The notes beneath the pieces are model-generated. The model saw only the letters and a program-made list of their open reading frames with translations, searched no databases and had not been told where the DNA came from. Source: Octopus sinensis (taxonomy: Eukaryota). From it: a stretch of DNA of 64,000 bases. This document shows, piece after piece, positions 35,385 through 48,814 of this stretch. The position numbers and the translations under genes are program-made. Where the stretch lies: NCBI RefSeq assembly GCF_006345805.1, contig NC_043005.1, forward strand, positions 6,696,001 to 6,760,000. The letters are read 5' to 3'. The first letter of the stretch is position 1. Every line of letters starts with the position of its first letter.

Positions 35385-36295
35385 GGATGTGTAATGTCAG
35401 TACTCATACTCGGCAGAGTGTAAGTACCTTGAGAGAAAAGCTGGACCTAAGAAGCATCAGTTGTGGTGTGCAAGAGAGACGTTTGCGCTGGTATGGTCAT
35501 GTGGCGAGAATGGATGAAGATAGTTGTGTGAAAAAGTGCCACACCCTAGCGATTGAGGGAACCTGTGGAAGAGGCAGACCCAGGAAAACCTGGGACGAGG
35601 TGGTGAAGCACGACCTTCGAACTTTAGGTCTCACTGAGGAAATGACTAGAGACCGAGTCCTCTGGAAGTGTGCTGTGCGCGAGAAGACCCGGCAGGACAA
35701 GTGAGTCCATAACCCGTGGCCTTCTACATGGGATGGAGCCAGCCTACGTATGCATACCTTTCCTTCTTGGGACACAAATCTCTACTTGTGAAGACGTGTT
35801 GAGGCAAGTGAGGATCAGAATCAAAACCGATCAGTGGAAATTGCAGATGTGTTACCAGTGCCGGTGACATGTCGAAACTCTACTTGTGAAGACCCATTGA
35901 GGCAAGTGAGGATCAGAATCGAAATCGATCAATGGAAATTGCAGATGTGTTACCAGTGCTGGTGGCATGTAAGAGAACCTTCTGTTTCGCGACCGTTGCC
36001 AGCACCGCCCCGTTTCGTGTCCGTTGCCAGCCTCGCCTGGCCCTCGTGCCGGTGGCACATAAAAAGCACCATCCGTTCGTGGCCGTTTGCCAGCTCTGTC
36101 TGGCACCTGTGCGGGTGGCACGTAAAAAGCACCCACTACACTCTTGGAGTGGTTGGCGTTAGGAAGGGCATCCAGCCGTAGAAACACTGCCAGATTTGAC
36201 TGGGCCTGATGAAGCCTTCTGGCTTCACAGACCCCAGTAGAACCGTCCAACCCATGCTAGCATGGAAAACGGACGCTAAACGATGATGATGATAT
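35385..36295 (+). mobile_element. RTE-clade LINE, 5'-truncated 3' end
   Basis: ORF end RRLRWYGHVARMDED...GRGRPRKTWDEVV..DL...DRVLWK is typical of the RTE ORF2 C-terminus; long 3'UTR ending (GAT)n. Confidence 0.87.
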
Positions 36296-36374
36296 ATCAT
36301 CATTTGCAGTGTTATTTATAGCTCCCGAGCAACTGCCACATACAAAAGCTATCCTCCCAGTTAGCCTTCCTTTG

Positions 36375-36508
36375 ATATTTATCGACCCCAAAAGGATGAA
36401 AGGCAAAGTCGACCACACCAAAATTTGAACTTAGAACGTAAAGACAGAGACAAAATACGGCTTAGTATTTTGCCCAGTGTGCTAACGTTTCAGCCAGCTC
36501 ACCACCTT
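36375..36508 (-). mobile_element. SINE family B fragment
   Basis: TTATCGACCCC..AAGGATGAAAGGCAAAGTCGAC motif. Confidence 0.75.
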
Positions 36509-36714
36509 ATAATAGTAAATATATTAATGTGATTCTGACTAATGGTTGATTGTGTATAAAACCTAAATACATTTCAGGATTTTATATCTAATTTGGCACA
36601 TCCCTCCTGATAAGCTGTGATTACATAAAATAGCCACATCATCTATCTTCTTCATTGTTTATAAATTAGCTTTGTAAATGGATTTGACATTTGGAGAACT
36701 AAAAGTATTGGAAC

Positions 36715-37290
36715 ATCATCACCATCATCGTTTAACATCCGCTTTCCATTCTAGCATGGGTTGGACGATTTGACTGAGTGCTGGCAAACCAGATGGCTGC
36801 ACCAGGCTCCAATCTTGAATCTGGCAGAGTTTCTACAGCTGGATGCCCTTCCTAACACCAACCACTCCAAGAGTGTAGTGGGGGCTTTTATGTGCCACCG
36901 GCATGAGGGCCAGTCAGGCAGTACTGACAACAACCTCGCTTGAATGTTTTTACATGTGCCACCGGCACAGGTGCCAGTAAGGCAACGTTGGTAACGATCA
37001 CGCTCGAATGGTGCCTTTTACGTGCCACCAGCACGGCAGCCAGTTAGCTGCTCTGGCAACATTCATGCTCAGATGGTGCTCTTAGCACCCTACTAGCACA
37101 GGGCACAAGTGCCAGTAAGGCAAAGCTGGTAACAATCAGACTCGAATGGTGCCTTTTTTATGCCACTGGCACGGAAGCCAGTTAGCTACTCTGTCAACGA
37201 TCACACTCGTATGGTGCTCTTTGCACCCGACTAGCACAGATGCCAGTCATCAAATTTGATTTCGATTTCACTTGCCTCAACAGGTCTTCA
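36715..37290 (-). mobile_element. RTE-LINE 3'UTR fragment
   Basis: Reverse complement matches the 3'UTR at 35790-36295, with extra ~60-nt modules. Confidence 0.82.
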
Positions 37291-40200
37291 ACAAATATCG
37301 AGGGAGTTGCTGAACCAGCCACTCATGAATTAATAGCCATCGGAGTGCCAGAAGATGTGGTAGATCTGCAGGCATTCATTGGAAACACAGCTAGGGATCT
37401 CAGCTGTATCCCTCCAAAAAGTGCTTCCCGCCTTGGCCAACCGGGATCCAAACCCAGGTTGATCAGGCTGTTGTTTACAGGCTTTACTGAGGTGCAGTCA
37501 TTCCATCTGGCTGCTGATAGAGCTCAGCGTGACAACATAATCAAATTTAGAACACATCCTGGCCTACCACCTGATGTACGCCCAAAGCTAAGATCTGTAG
37601 CTTCCCTAAATTGCAACTCCATGCCACAGGAGAGTTTTAGCCTCCACGATGATGAGCAAATCTGGAAATTTGTCAAGTCTGGTGAGTCGTGGATAAGGGA
37701 TGCCAGTTGGACTGAGCAGACTACACCCACAACAACTGGCAATACAAAAATCTTGGGAAACTAACCAAGAACAATCAGCCATCCCCTGTATATCATCATC
37801 TGAAATCCAGATATAAACTGCTGTCCTTGAATGCCCGTAGTTTATGCAACAAGGTGCATCTTTTTGACTCCTATGTCAAAAGTATCAACCCAGATTTCAT
37901 CACAGTCACGGAAACATGGGCACACTCTGCACTCTGTGATGGAGTTTTCAGCATAGCCAGCTACAACCTGTTCCGCAAAGACTGCATTAATCGCCGTGGA
38001 GGGGGTGTGATGATTTATGTTCGATCAAATCTATCGGCAATCCCCTGTGATGATTTGAACCAATCTCAGCAGGAAGTATTTTTCTGCAATATACACATGA
38101 CCATGTCAACACTTCTGCTCGGAGTCATTTACCGCCCCCCCCCCAAATTATCGTCAAGACGCACAGCTTTTTGATATCCTCAGAGCTGCTGCCATGAAAA
38201 CAGCCACGTATGTTTATATTGCGGGCGACTTCAATTTCCCTGAGATTGACTGGGAGGCCTTCCGTTGGCCGCAAAGTGCAGACGATTTCCTTGAACTGGT
38301 GCTGAATTCAAATTGGTCCCAAGTCGTTACCCCCCCCCCTCCACAAGGGGTAACAACACTTTGGATCTGCTACTTACCGCTTCTCCTGAAACAATCATTA
38401 GTGTTACTACTGAAGAACCTTTAGGTGACTCTGATCATTCCATGATCATGGCCAACTTGTCTCTGATTGGTTGTAACAAAAAACACAACCATCTTCAGAC
38501 TACCCGCTTTGACTGGAATAAAGCAGACTGGAGCTCATATTGTACTAAGCTGCAATGCCCAAACTGGCTCAAATTTTATGCCTCTGGAGATGTGGACACT
38601 ATACTCCAGAACATTCTGAATTCAATATGGGCGGCATGTGCAGCATCAGTACCACGCAAGCACAAAAAACCACCCAATAGTGCAATTTGGGAGACTGCAG
38701 CAGTCCGACTTGCCAGGAAAGAACGCCATAATGCTGAACAGGAATACAAATTGCACAAATCAGAGAGCAACAGGAAAAAGCGCAATAGGTCAGCCAACCA
38801 CCTCAAGCAGGTGACAAAAAAGGCAGTGCTTGAATTTGAACAACGCATTGCAGCTAACCCTGACAGCAAAGTGTTCTGGAAGTATGTGCACTCAATGCAG
38901 AGACCCCACTCTCCAGTTGGTCCCCTTCGCAATCCCCACGCAGGACAGATTACTGGCAATCCCGAAGAGTGTGCAGAAATCATTGCTGGATGCTATGCCG
39001 GCATCTTTACTGTCAAGGACCAAAATGTTCCATCTTCATCACCACTGACACCGGACTCTATATCTACTATGCAATTTACACCAGCAATGCTACAACGCCA
39101 CCTTAAGAATAAACGCAATTATGCCTCTCCTGGTCTCGATGGTGTTACATACCTACTTCTCAAATGCGGTGGGTACTTTCTTCTAAGCCAACTTTCTCTA
39201 TTCTTCCAATTCTGTCTTGACAATGGTGTTACTCCAGAACAGTAGAAAACTGCCAGTGTTATCCCTCTGTTCAAAAAAGGTGACTGCACATCGCCTGTCA
39301 ACTATCGCCCCGTTAGTCTTACTAGCTGCATTGCCAAACTGATGGAATCCTGTATCAGAGAAACCCTTTGGAACTTCTGGAAGTCTCACAGCCTCATCCA
39401 GCTGTCACAATTTGGATTTATTCCTAACTCCAGCTGCTGTAATCAACTCATCGAGTTTCTTGAGGACGTTACCCAAATCACTGATTGCAGATCCTGGGTG
39501 GATGTTGTTTACCTGGACTTTGCTAAGGCTTTTAACTCTGTGCCACACAAAAGACTTATGGTGAAGCTCTCTGCATTGGGCATAAGAGACGAACTCTATA
39601 CCTGGTTGAAGTCCTTTATTTTCGGCCAAAAAGAGGTTGTCACAGTTCTGGGACAGCACTCTTCACCCTATGAGATGACATCTGGTGTACCACAGGGATC
39701 TGTTCTTGGCCCTCTTTTATTTGTTGCATATGTTAATGGCATAGATGCCAACTTAAATAATGCCACAGTGCTGAAATATGCAGATGACATCAAGCTGTAC
39801 CTCGAAATAAAGAGGTCAGATCCTGTACACTATAGATCTCTATTGCAAGCAGACCTGGACACAATGCAGCAGTGGATCATGGACTGGCAACTCAAGCTGG
39901 CTGTGGACAAATGTACCATCATGCATTTTGGGAGGAGAAACCCAGCGTCCACCTACTCCCTCCACAACACTAGTCTCAAAAGGTTTTCGTGTGAATGTGA
40001 CCTGGGTGTTATTGTCGACAGTGATTTGCGTTGGACAAAACACATCGCTAAAATTGTCAAGAAGGCTGAGGGTGTCTTGGCATCACTCACCAAATCCTTT
40101 GTGAGCCGCTCTCCGACTATCTATCTGCGGCTTTATATAGCTATGGTAAGACCTCACTGGGAATTTGCATCACCGGTCTGGAACCCCTATCTTGCCCAGG

Positions 40201-40728
40201 ATATCAATCGTCTGGAAGCCGTTCAGCGACGTGCAACCAAAAGAATACCCTCCATCAGGCATTTGCCATATCCTGAACTCCTTACTTCCCTGGGCATGGA
40301 CACATTGAAACTCCGATGTCTGACAGCTGACTTGGCAGACACCCATAAAATTATCAACCATCGTACAAACAATAATTCTGAGCACCTTTTCAAACTCCAC
40401 CCATCTAACACCCGTGGACATATTTACAAAGTCAGAAAACAGCACAGCTCCCATGACTTCAGGAAACATTTTTTCACGCTGAGAGTTGCTGAAGCATGGA
40501 ACAAACTGCTGGCATCAGTTGTTAGTTGTCGGAGCACTGCATCCTTCAAAACTTCCATGCTTTCTGAGATTCGCCAACACTACACCTGATTTTCTCCTTT
40601 CCATACACACACAAGCATGTATCTGACTCATACATTGTTCGCTTTCCAGACATTTGTACATTACTGCATATACTCTGACAAGTTGTGGTGCACCTGAGCA
40701 CTGTATACAATAATTTCATTATTATTAT
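37291..40728 (+). mobile_element. CR1-clade LINE: ORF1 remnant plus disrupted ORF2 (APE + RT), (ATT)n tail
   Basis: APE: NARSL, VTETW, RRGGGV, GVIYRPP, AGDFN, TLDLLL, SDHSMI. RT: SPGLDG, NYRPVSLTSC, QFGF, YLDFAKAF, GVPQGSVLGP, YADD. Several stops and frameshifts. Confidence 0.92.
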
Positions 40729-40935
40729 TCCCTTTTACTTTTTTGGGGTTTTTTTCTTCCTTCTTTTTCCTTTCTTTTTCTTTCTTTGTTCCTCTTTTTT
40801 CCATTTTTATATTTGGATATTAAAATAAATCTCGTCTGAAAACAAAAATGGGAATATACATATTAAATGCACTGAATGAAGTGTAATGAGAAATTGAAAT
40901 GCCATTTTATAGTAAATAGTCTGTAAATTGTTATT

Positions 40936-41190
40936 AGTGGAGGTGCGTGGCTTAGTGGTTAGGGTGTCAGCATCATGATCGTAAGATTGTGGTTTCGATT
41001 CCTGGACCGGGTAATGCATTGTGTTCTTGAGCAAAACACTTCATTTCACGTTGCTCCAGACCACTCAGCTGGCAAAAATGAGTAACGCTGCGATGGACTG
41101 GCGTCCCATCCAGCTGGGGAACGCATATGCCATAGAAACTGGGAAACTGGGCCCATGAGCCTGGCTAGGCTTTAAAAGGGCGCATTTATT
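40936..41190 (+). mobile_element. tRNA-derived SINE family D
   Basis: A-box TGGCTTAGTGG and B-box GGTTTCGATTCC; matches 8645-8885. Confidence 0.85.
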
Positions 41191-42009
41191 ATTTTTTTTT
41201 TTTAAGAAATTGTTATTAAGACAAACTATGAAGAGTTAGGATGCATTCTGGCACAAATGATTTGGTGCTACTGATTCAATGCAAAAACCAATGGTATTGA
41301 CATTTTGATGCTGAGGAAATTGTTTTTATTCCACATAACTAACTGGTTTTTATCCAGGTGGGTATTTACCACTGCAGAAAATTTTTTTAAATGTGTACAA
41401 AAATGATGCAAGAAATAATACATGAAACTGCTCTTAGGTTTAAAAATGTGGATGTTGTTGAACACTTAAGAAACCTTGCTGATTGTTACTAAATGAAGAA
41501 CAGTTAGTCTTTTGTTTTATCTGTATAAAATGATTGATATAAATGTTGGTTGTTTGGTTGGTTGGTTGAGTTCTCAAGTCATGCTTTACATCATACAGGG
41601 AGATGAGGAGAAAGAGTAAAAGAGAGATGCAAAGAGACTTAACATAACAGGAGCAAGATGAGGGCACATACTAGGCTTGGTGGCAGGCAATGATAACTTA
41701 TTGAAGAATACACATAAAAATGTGAAATTTTGCAGAAATAGATTTTTGATGGAGTAGATTGTGATTTGTTTTATTTAATTTTAAGGTAAAAAATATTTCT
41801 TTTAAAAATTAGTTTCCATTTAAACATTTTGTATAAGCACCAAAAGATTTGATATAAGTAAAATTTTTTTTGCTGTATGTATGCCATATTTTTTAATATT
41901 AGCCATAGTGGCAAAAGTATACCTCAAAAATTACTCATCATATAAGGTGGGTAACACTACAGTATTAGTAAAATCTATTCCTATTTTGGTAGAAGGCTAA
42001 CAATTCTGA

Positions 42010-42420
42010 GAGGTGAGGAAGTCATTTACATCATTCCCAGTGCTCAACTGTACTTATTCTATCAACTGCAAAAGGATGAAAGGTAAAGATGGCCTTGGTG
42101 GAATTTGAACTCAGAACATAAAGCAGTAAGAAATGATTCTAAGCATTTTGTCCAGCATGCTAATAGTTCTGCCAGCCGGCTGTTTTATAGGATATGTATA
42201 ATATTAGTTTAAAATTTTGGTAGAAGACCAGCGTTTTTGGGGGGATGGAGCGGAGTTGATAAACATTGACCCAAGTGCTCAACTGGTACTTACTTTATCA
42301 ATCCTGAAAGGATGAAAGGCAGTGTCAACCTTGGCAGAATTTGAACTCTGAATGTAAAGACAGATGAAATACTGCTAAGCATTTTGCCCGATACACTAAT
42401 GAGTCTGTCAGCTAACCATC
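42010..42420 (-). mobile_element. Two degenerate SINE family B copies (tail type 2)
   Basis: Each has GAAAGGATGAAAGG..AATTTGAACTC; the second ends in the AAAATTTTGG..GACCAGC-type tail. Confidence 0.7.
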
Positions 42421-42519
42421 TTATAGCATTAGTATAATGTTATTAAAAGTCTTTATCTATATGTCATATGAAGGAAGATAAATTCATATTATAATAATTT
42501 TATTTTCAGTCCATTTTAA

Positions 42520-42569
<50 letters not shown>

Positions 42570-42645
42570 CTCTCTATCTCTATCTATCTATCTATCTATC
42601 TATCTCTCTATCAGAATGTGTTTGTTTCTGTGTATGCATGTCTAC

Positions 42646-42775
42646 CTTTAGCGCCAAATTGTCCACCATCAGAAAAACCATCATCAAAGTAGGTTTTTGC
42701 ATCCAAAGGGTCATACCAAATAGCAAGTACCAAAGCAGCTGTACCTAATAATTTCAATCCAAAGCCTAAAACCAT
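42646..42775 (-). CDS. Candidate coding exon (hydrophobic N-terminal or TM segment), unverified
   Basis: ATG..MVLGFGLKLLGTAALVLAIWYDPLDAKTYFDDGFSDGGQFGAK followed by G|GTAGAC (phase-1, weak donor); no partner exon found. Confidence 0.22.
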
Positions 42776-43290
42776 GCATAATGAGACTCAGTTATGGAAC
42801 CCAACCAGTATATCTATAAACATTTCCATCCCCGGAGCAAAATTAATTAAAAGAGACCATGACAGCCAGTTTCAGACTCTATTCTTTGACTATACTCTGC
42901 CATAGTGCATCCCTTCTACAGAGGCTTCATAAGTGCTGGTTCTAACAGAGCAATAATGAGTTGTTACTTGTGTATGTTGATGTTATTTGTTAGACTTTAA
43001 TTTATTCTGTAGCTTCAGGTTTCTTCGCTTCTGCTGTAGAGCAGCCATCAATGGCCTCAATTCTCAAGCAGGTCTAATGTTACCAAAATAACTGATCACC
43101 AGATCAGAATATTCTCAACTACAGTTCTTATCTGTATCATTTAGTACTTCATAATGCCTGTGTTTTAAATCGTTTTATCTTTCCAGCATTCTCATAATTC
43201 AAATAGGATTTAATTCTAAAATGATATTTATAAACTGTTTCACCGTTACAATTTTATAGCTAACCTTACTAATGCAGAATAATATTTCAA

Positions 43291-43321
<31 letters not shown>

Positions 43322-45042
43322 AAGGTGTGCACGGTAGCTTAGTAGGTTAATTTCCTTCATGAATTACTGTAGGGTTAGGGTTTCTGTAGCTCAAGAGGAA
43401 ATTCTAAATTTAATCCACATTGCAGATAAATTGCTTATTAGAGTTGCGAAAAAGACAGAAGTAGTGGTTATAAATGTGACAGTAATTAAACTACGTTTCA
43501 GAAATATCATAAACTAGAAAGGTATAGCATTTTATCTGCTGAAGGCTATTTATTTCTAAAATGGGCTTTTTAAAAATTTTCTGAATTAAAATAAACAAAA
43601 CACCTATGAATATTTCAGAATCTACTTATAACACAATTTATAGGTATGTACAAATTAATTTTCATTCATTTTATTTTATTGCAACTATTATATCAATTAA
43701 TTATAAAATGCATTTAGTTTCATAATAGATAAACATAATCGACTTTAACTAATGACCAACTAGTCATGATCAGGTAATTATATCTTATCTGATAGTGTAA
43801 GACAGATGCTATCAACATTAACTTTAGAGGAATGGATATTAATTACATAGATAACCATCTGAAATAGGTCTAATGTTTAGAAAAGTGCTAAGTTTGAAAA
43901 TTTAATTAAAACCATATTTTTATCTGAGAAATGTTGTTGGATTTCAATGATATTTAAACTGTTTTCAGTTGACAAGTTCTTTTCAAATTTTATATTAGTG
44001 CTTTAATTCACTGTTATACAGGAACCTAAAAAGGACTGCCTAATCTGTCTGGTAGAGAGGAAATCATAGCAACAGCATTTCCTGGGTAGGTTTAGGTTAC
44101 AAATATAATCTATTAATTGAAACAAGTAGCCTGGAAGAGAGGTTGCTTAATTTTAAATTTTTGGGGGATATGTATGACTTTTTTTAAAGAGTATTAATGG
44201 TTCATTTAGAGATAATATGGAGTAGAATTAAAATCAACCTTCACAATTTTAAAAATGAAATATTTTGTTGATCTTACTTCAACACAATTAACAATTAATT
44301 CGCCAACTTTCTTATCAAGGATTTATTGAAATTAATTATGAAACAGCAGACCAGTTCCCATTGTAAGAGTTCTTTTGCATTCAACGATTCATATTCCTTT
44401 TGGCTGAAGCAAACTGAGGCATGACAATTTCGTTTCATTTTCAAAGAAACTTACAGAGAATATGTAACTACTTGGATTGTGCCACCTATAGCTGCCACTG
44501 TTGATGATGATTAAGAAGGCGGTAGGAGCTTACAGAATTTCAAATGGATTAATAGTAAGCATTGTAAAACAGTGTTAAGCTCCTGGTAAGTGCCAATTGA
44601 AGCCAATATATTTTACCCTTGCTGTAAATGTCCTTGCAAAAGACAAAAATATCACATTTCTCATTTTTACTCGCATAAAACATGGGGAGGATCTTTGAGC
44701 TGAATCCGAGAAAGCATTTCATAAGACTTCAACAAAGAATTATAATTACTGGCATGTTATATAATATTTTATTTCAATACTGTATTATACCACACAACAT
44801 TTTAGCCAACACTTATGTTACAATGGATGTAACATTATGTCTGTTGTGTACATAGATGTAATATTGATATTCATCATAGCATACAGCATTGGCTAAAACT
44901 CTATTGCTGTGTTCCACAGCTGTGATCTCCAACCATATTTTGCACCATGGGCCAGTTTCATACAAGAAAAGTTTTCCACAGACCAGAGTATCACGCACAA
45001 CAAAACACAATAAAGTGCATTATATATAAATTAATAGGTGTA

Positions 45043-45420
45043 GGAGTGGCTGTGTGGTAAGTAGCTTGCTTATGAACCACATGGTTCCAGGTTCAGTCCC
45101 ACTGCGTGACACCTTGGGCTGACCAAAGCTTTATGAGTGGATTTGGTAGACGAAAACTGAAAGAAGCCCATCGTATATATGTATGTATGTGTGTGTGTAT
45201 GTGTTTGTGTCTGTGTTTGTCCCACCAACATCGCTTGACAACCGATGCTGGTGTGTTTACGTCCCCATAACTTAGCAGTTTGGCAAAAGAGACAGATAGA
45301 ATAAGTACTAGGCTTACAAAGAATAAGTCCTGGGGTCGATTTGCTCGACTAAAGGCGGTGCTCCAGCATGGCCACAGTAAAATGACTGAAACAAGTAAAA
45401 GAGTAAAAGAATAAAGAGTA
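45043..45420 (+). mobile_element. SINE family A
   Basis: Matches 34771-35148. Confidence 0.87.
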
Positions 45421-45424
45421 TATA

Positions 45425-46650
45425 TATCATGCATATATATTACATAACATAATAATAAATATAAAATGCATATATATTACATAACATAATAATAAATATA
45501 AAATGCATATATATTACATAACATAATAATAAATATAAAATGCATATATATTACATAACACAATAATAAATATAAAATGCATATATATTACATAACATAA
45601 TAATAAATATAAAATGCATATATATTACATAACATATAATAAATATAAAATGCATATATATTACATAACATAATAATAAATATAAAATGCATATATATTA
45701 CATAACATAATAATAAATATAAAATGCATATATATTACATAACATAATAATAAATATAAAATGCATATATATTACATAACATAATAATAAATATAAAATG
45801 CTATATATACATAACATAATAAAATATAAAATGCATATATATTACATAACATAATAATAATATAAAATGCATATATATTACATAACATAATAATAAATAT
45901 AAAATGCATATATATTACATAACATAATAATAAATATAAAATGCATATATATTACATAACATAATAATAAATATAAAATGCATATATATTACATAACATA
46001 ATAATAAATATAAAATGCATATATTACATAAATAATAATAAATATAAAATGCATATATATTACATAACATAATAATAAATATAAAATGCATATATATTAC
46101 ATAACATAATAATAAATATAAAATGCATATATATTACATAACATAATAATAATATAAAATGCATATATATTACATAACATAATAATAAATATAAAATGCA
46201 TATATATTACATAACATAATAATAAATATAAAATGCATATATATTACATAACATAATAATAAATAAAATGCATATATTACATAACATAATAATAAATATA
46301 AAATGCATATATATTACATAACATAATAATAAATATAAAATGCATATATATTACATAACATAATAATAAATATAAAATGCATATATATTACATAACATAA
46401 TAATAAATATAAAATGCATATATATTACATAACATAATAATAAATATAAAATGCATATATATTACATAACACAATAATAAATATAAAATGCATATATATT
46501 ACATAACACAATAATAAATATAAAATGCATATATATTACATAACATAATAATAAATATAAAATGCATATATATTACATAACATAATAATAAATATAAAAT
46601 GCATATATATTACATAACATAATAATAAATATAAAATGCATATATATATT
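45425..46650. repeat. 37-bp minisatellite (TGCATATATATTACATAACATAATAATAAATATAAAA), about 33 copies
   Basis: Period read from 45541 to 45578; very homogeneous. Confidence 0.95.
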
Positions 46651-46815
46651 AAACATACAGTTATGAATACACAATGCACAAATACCCTGAAGACTGCAAC
46701 AGTCAATACAATAGAAATACAATTCTAAAATTTCTTCTTGTATGACCTGGTATCAAATGATCCATAACCTGGCACTGGTCCATGTCCTGATGGTAGGGGG
46801 CCCCCTGTTCTATAG

Positions 46816-47737
46816 TACAGGGTAGTATCAAAAAGTTCCTAGATTAATTATGCTTAATACAAAATAGCTTATTTATCTAAGATTTAACATCATCTCCTTC
46901 AAAATAGTCACCTTGCACAGCAATACACCAGTCCCAGTGTTTCTGCCACTTTTGGAATCCAGCATTGAAGTCATTTTCCTTAAATGAGTTGAGGAGCTTC
47001 AGTGATTCAGTTTTGATCTTCAAAATGGTGTTAAAACAGTGACCTTTGAGCTGAATTTTCATCTTGGGGAAGAGATGGAAATCTGCAGGTGCTATTTCTG
47101 GCGAATAGGGTAGGTGCGGAAGTGAAACCACGTTTTTTGGTGAGAAACTTATGAGTGAGAAAAGCTCATTGACAGGGTGCATTGTTGTTGTGAAGAATCC
47201 AATTGCTTTCGCTCCACAGATCCAGTCACTCTTGCTGAATGTTCTCCCTTAAACACTTCAAAACATTGCTGTAGAACTCTCAATTGATGGTCTGGCCCTG
47301 GGGGGTGAATTCTCGATGCACAATACCACATTTCCTGGGGTGACGCTTGTGGCAGGTCTTCTAGATTGTTCATTGCCTTCCAGAGATGTTCTTCTACTTT
47401 TCAAGTGCCCATTCCACCCGAAACATTGTATATGACCCATTGCCTCATTACTATAAGCTTGTGGAAGCATGCTCAATGTCTCTATAGCAGACTTCCCAAG
47501 TTTGATACCAAATTTTATGTCAGCATTTTGTTCCTGTCCATGGCAAAATCACAGACTACAGTATACACACGAGAACAAAAACATAAATTTCACACCTTGC
47601 AAAGTAAACACAGAGATATTATTTGACACACTTCCTCATGAAGGTCACTGTTAGCTCTCACTGCACATGCAACCATGTGCTGCCATCTGTTGGTGCATTA
47701 CAGACCTAGCCCAGGAACTTTTTGATACCTCATCATA
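46816..47737 (-). mobile_element. Internally deleted mariner (Tc1/mariner) DNA transposon
   Basis: TIR core GTATCAAAAAGTTCCT (46825-46840 with 47713-47728) and TA ends; transposase remnants PHLPYSPEIAPADFHLFPKMK...GDYFE and GRTSLEGNEQSRRP. Confidence 0.87.
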
Positions 47738-47959
47738 TGTTATAGAACAGAATTATAAGTATTAGACTTAGTACAAGTAAGTATTAATCCTTGAACTTTA
47801 TCTTTGTACCAACATTTTTACAATTTTTAACAAAGGAGAGGGACTTGATAAAGGGATAGCGAGACAGAAACAAGAGATGGCCCTTCATAAAAATACATGG
47901 TAACAAATGGGAGAACAAAAGGTGAAACTGAGACAGCAAACTGAATAATCTAAATATAC

Positions 47960-48180
47960 TTTACTTTTCTACTCAAGGTTCAAGGGCTGAAATTTTTGGG
48001 GAGGGGGCCAGTCAAATAGATCAACCCCAGTATGCAACTGGTACTTAATTTATCGACCCTGAAAGGATGAAACGCAAAGTCAACCATGGCAGAATTTGGA
48101 CTCAGAACATAAAAAGACAGACGAAATGCAGCTTAGCATTTCACCCGGTGTGTTAACGTTTCTGTCAGCTTGCCACCTTG
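47960..48180 (-). mobile_element. SINE family B (tail type 2)
   Basis: Body motif AACTGGTACTTAATTTATCGACCCTGAAAGGATGAAA. Confidence 0.75.
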
Positions 48181-48591
48181 AACAATCTAGATATGTATTA
48201 ATCTTAATGAAAACTGTATTTATATAATGATGAGATTATCAATTTAAATGTTGGGTAAAATAAGAAATGGATATATTTCAATAACTCTAACTAGGCTGAT
48301 CCAACTTAAAATTAAAAAAAAAAACAATGTAAGCTCTAGATCATGCAACCTATTAAAAATAGCAGCTAAATTCTCTCAAATCACATCCTACCATTTTAGA
48401 AAGATACCCTGGATATTGTTCTTTGCACATAAGAATAAAATGAGACGGTCTGTTTGATTAGAGGTAAGCTAGAGTTAAAAAAGCATCAACAACCTAGCTC
48501 ATACTTACTTAACATTGCAAATACTGACTCCCTTAAACAGTAAGAGCCTTTTGTCTGCAGTAGTAATAACTATGAATTGATCATATGTACA

Positions 48592-48814
48592 TACGAGGGA
48601 GTGCTGAAAAGTTCCCGGTTTTGGGTAAAAGAAAATACAAGAAGATCTGATAATTATTATTTCATTCAATGTATTCCCCCTCTCGGATTCACACACTTAT
48701 TGCAGCAGTCCTTCAGTTTTTCTAAGCCCTGTAAAAGAAGTCAGAAGGTTGGGCTCCCAACCAGGCATTTTGTAATACCCCTAAACCCAGGAACTTTTCA
48801 GCATCTCCACTTTA
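48592..48814. mobile_element. Mariner-derived MITE
   Basis: TACGAGGGAGTGCTGAAAAGTTCC at the left end and GGAACTTTTCAGCA at 48790-48803. Confidence 0.75.

Noticed and set aside
44340-44700. Several GTAAG donor-like sites on both strands with short open frames
   Set aside because: The strands conflict and there is no coherent exon chain.
45425-46650. CRISPR-like 37-bp repeat
   Set aside because: The units are contiguous with no unique spacers, there are no cas genes, and the context is eukaryotic.
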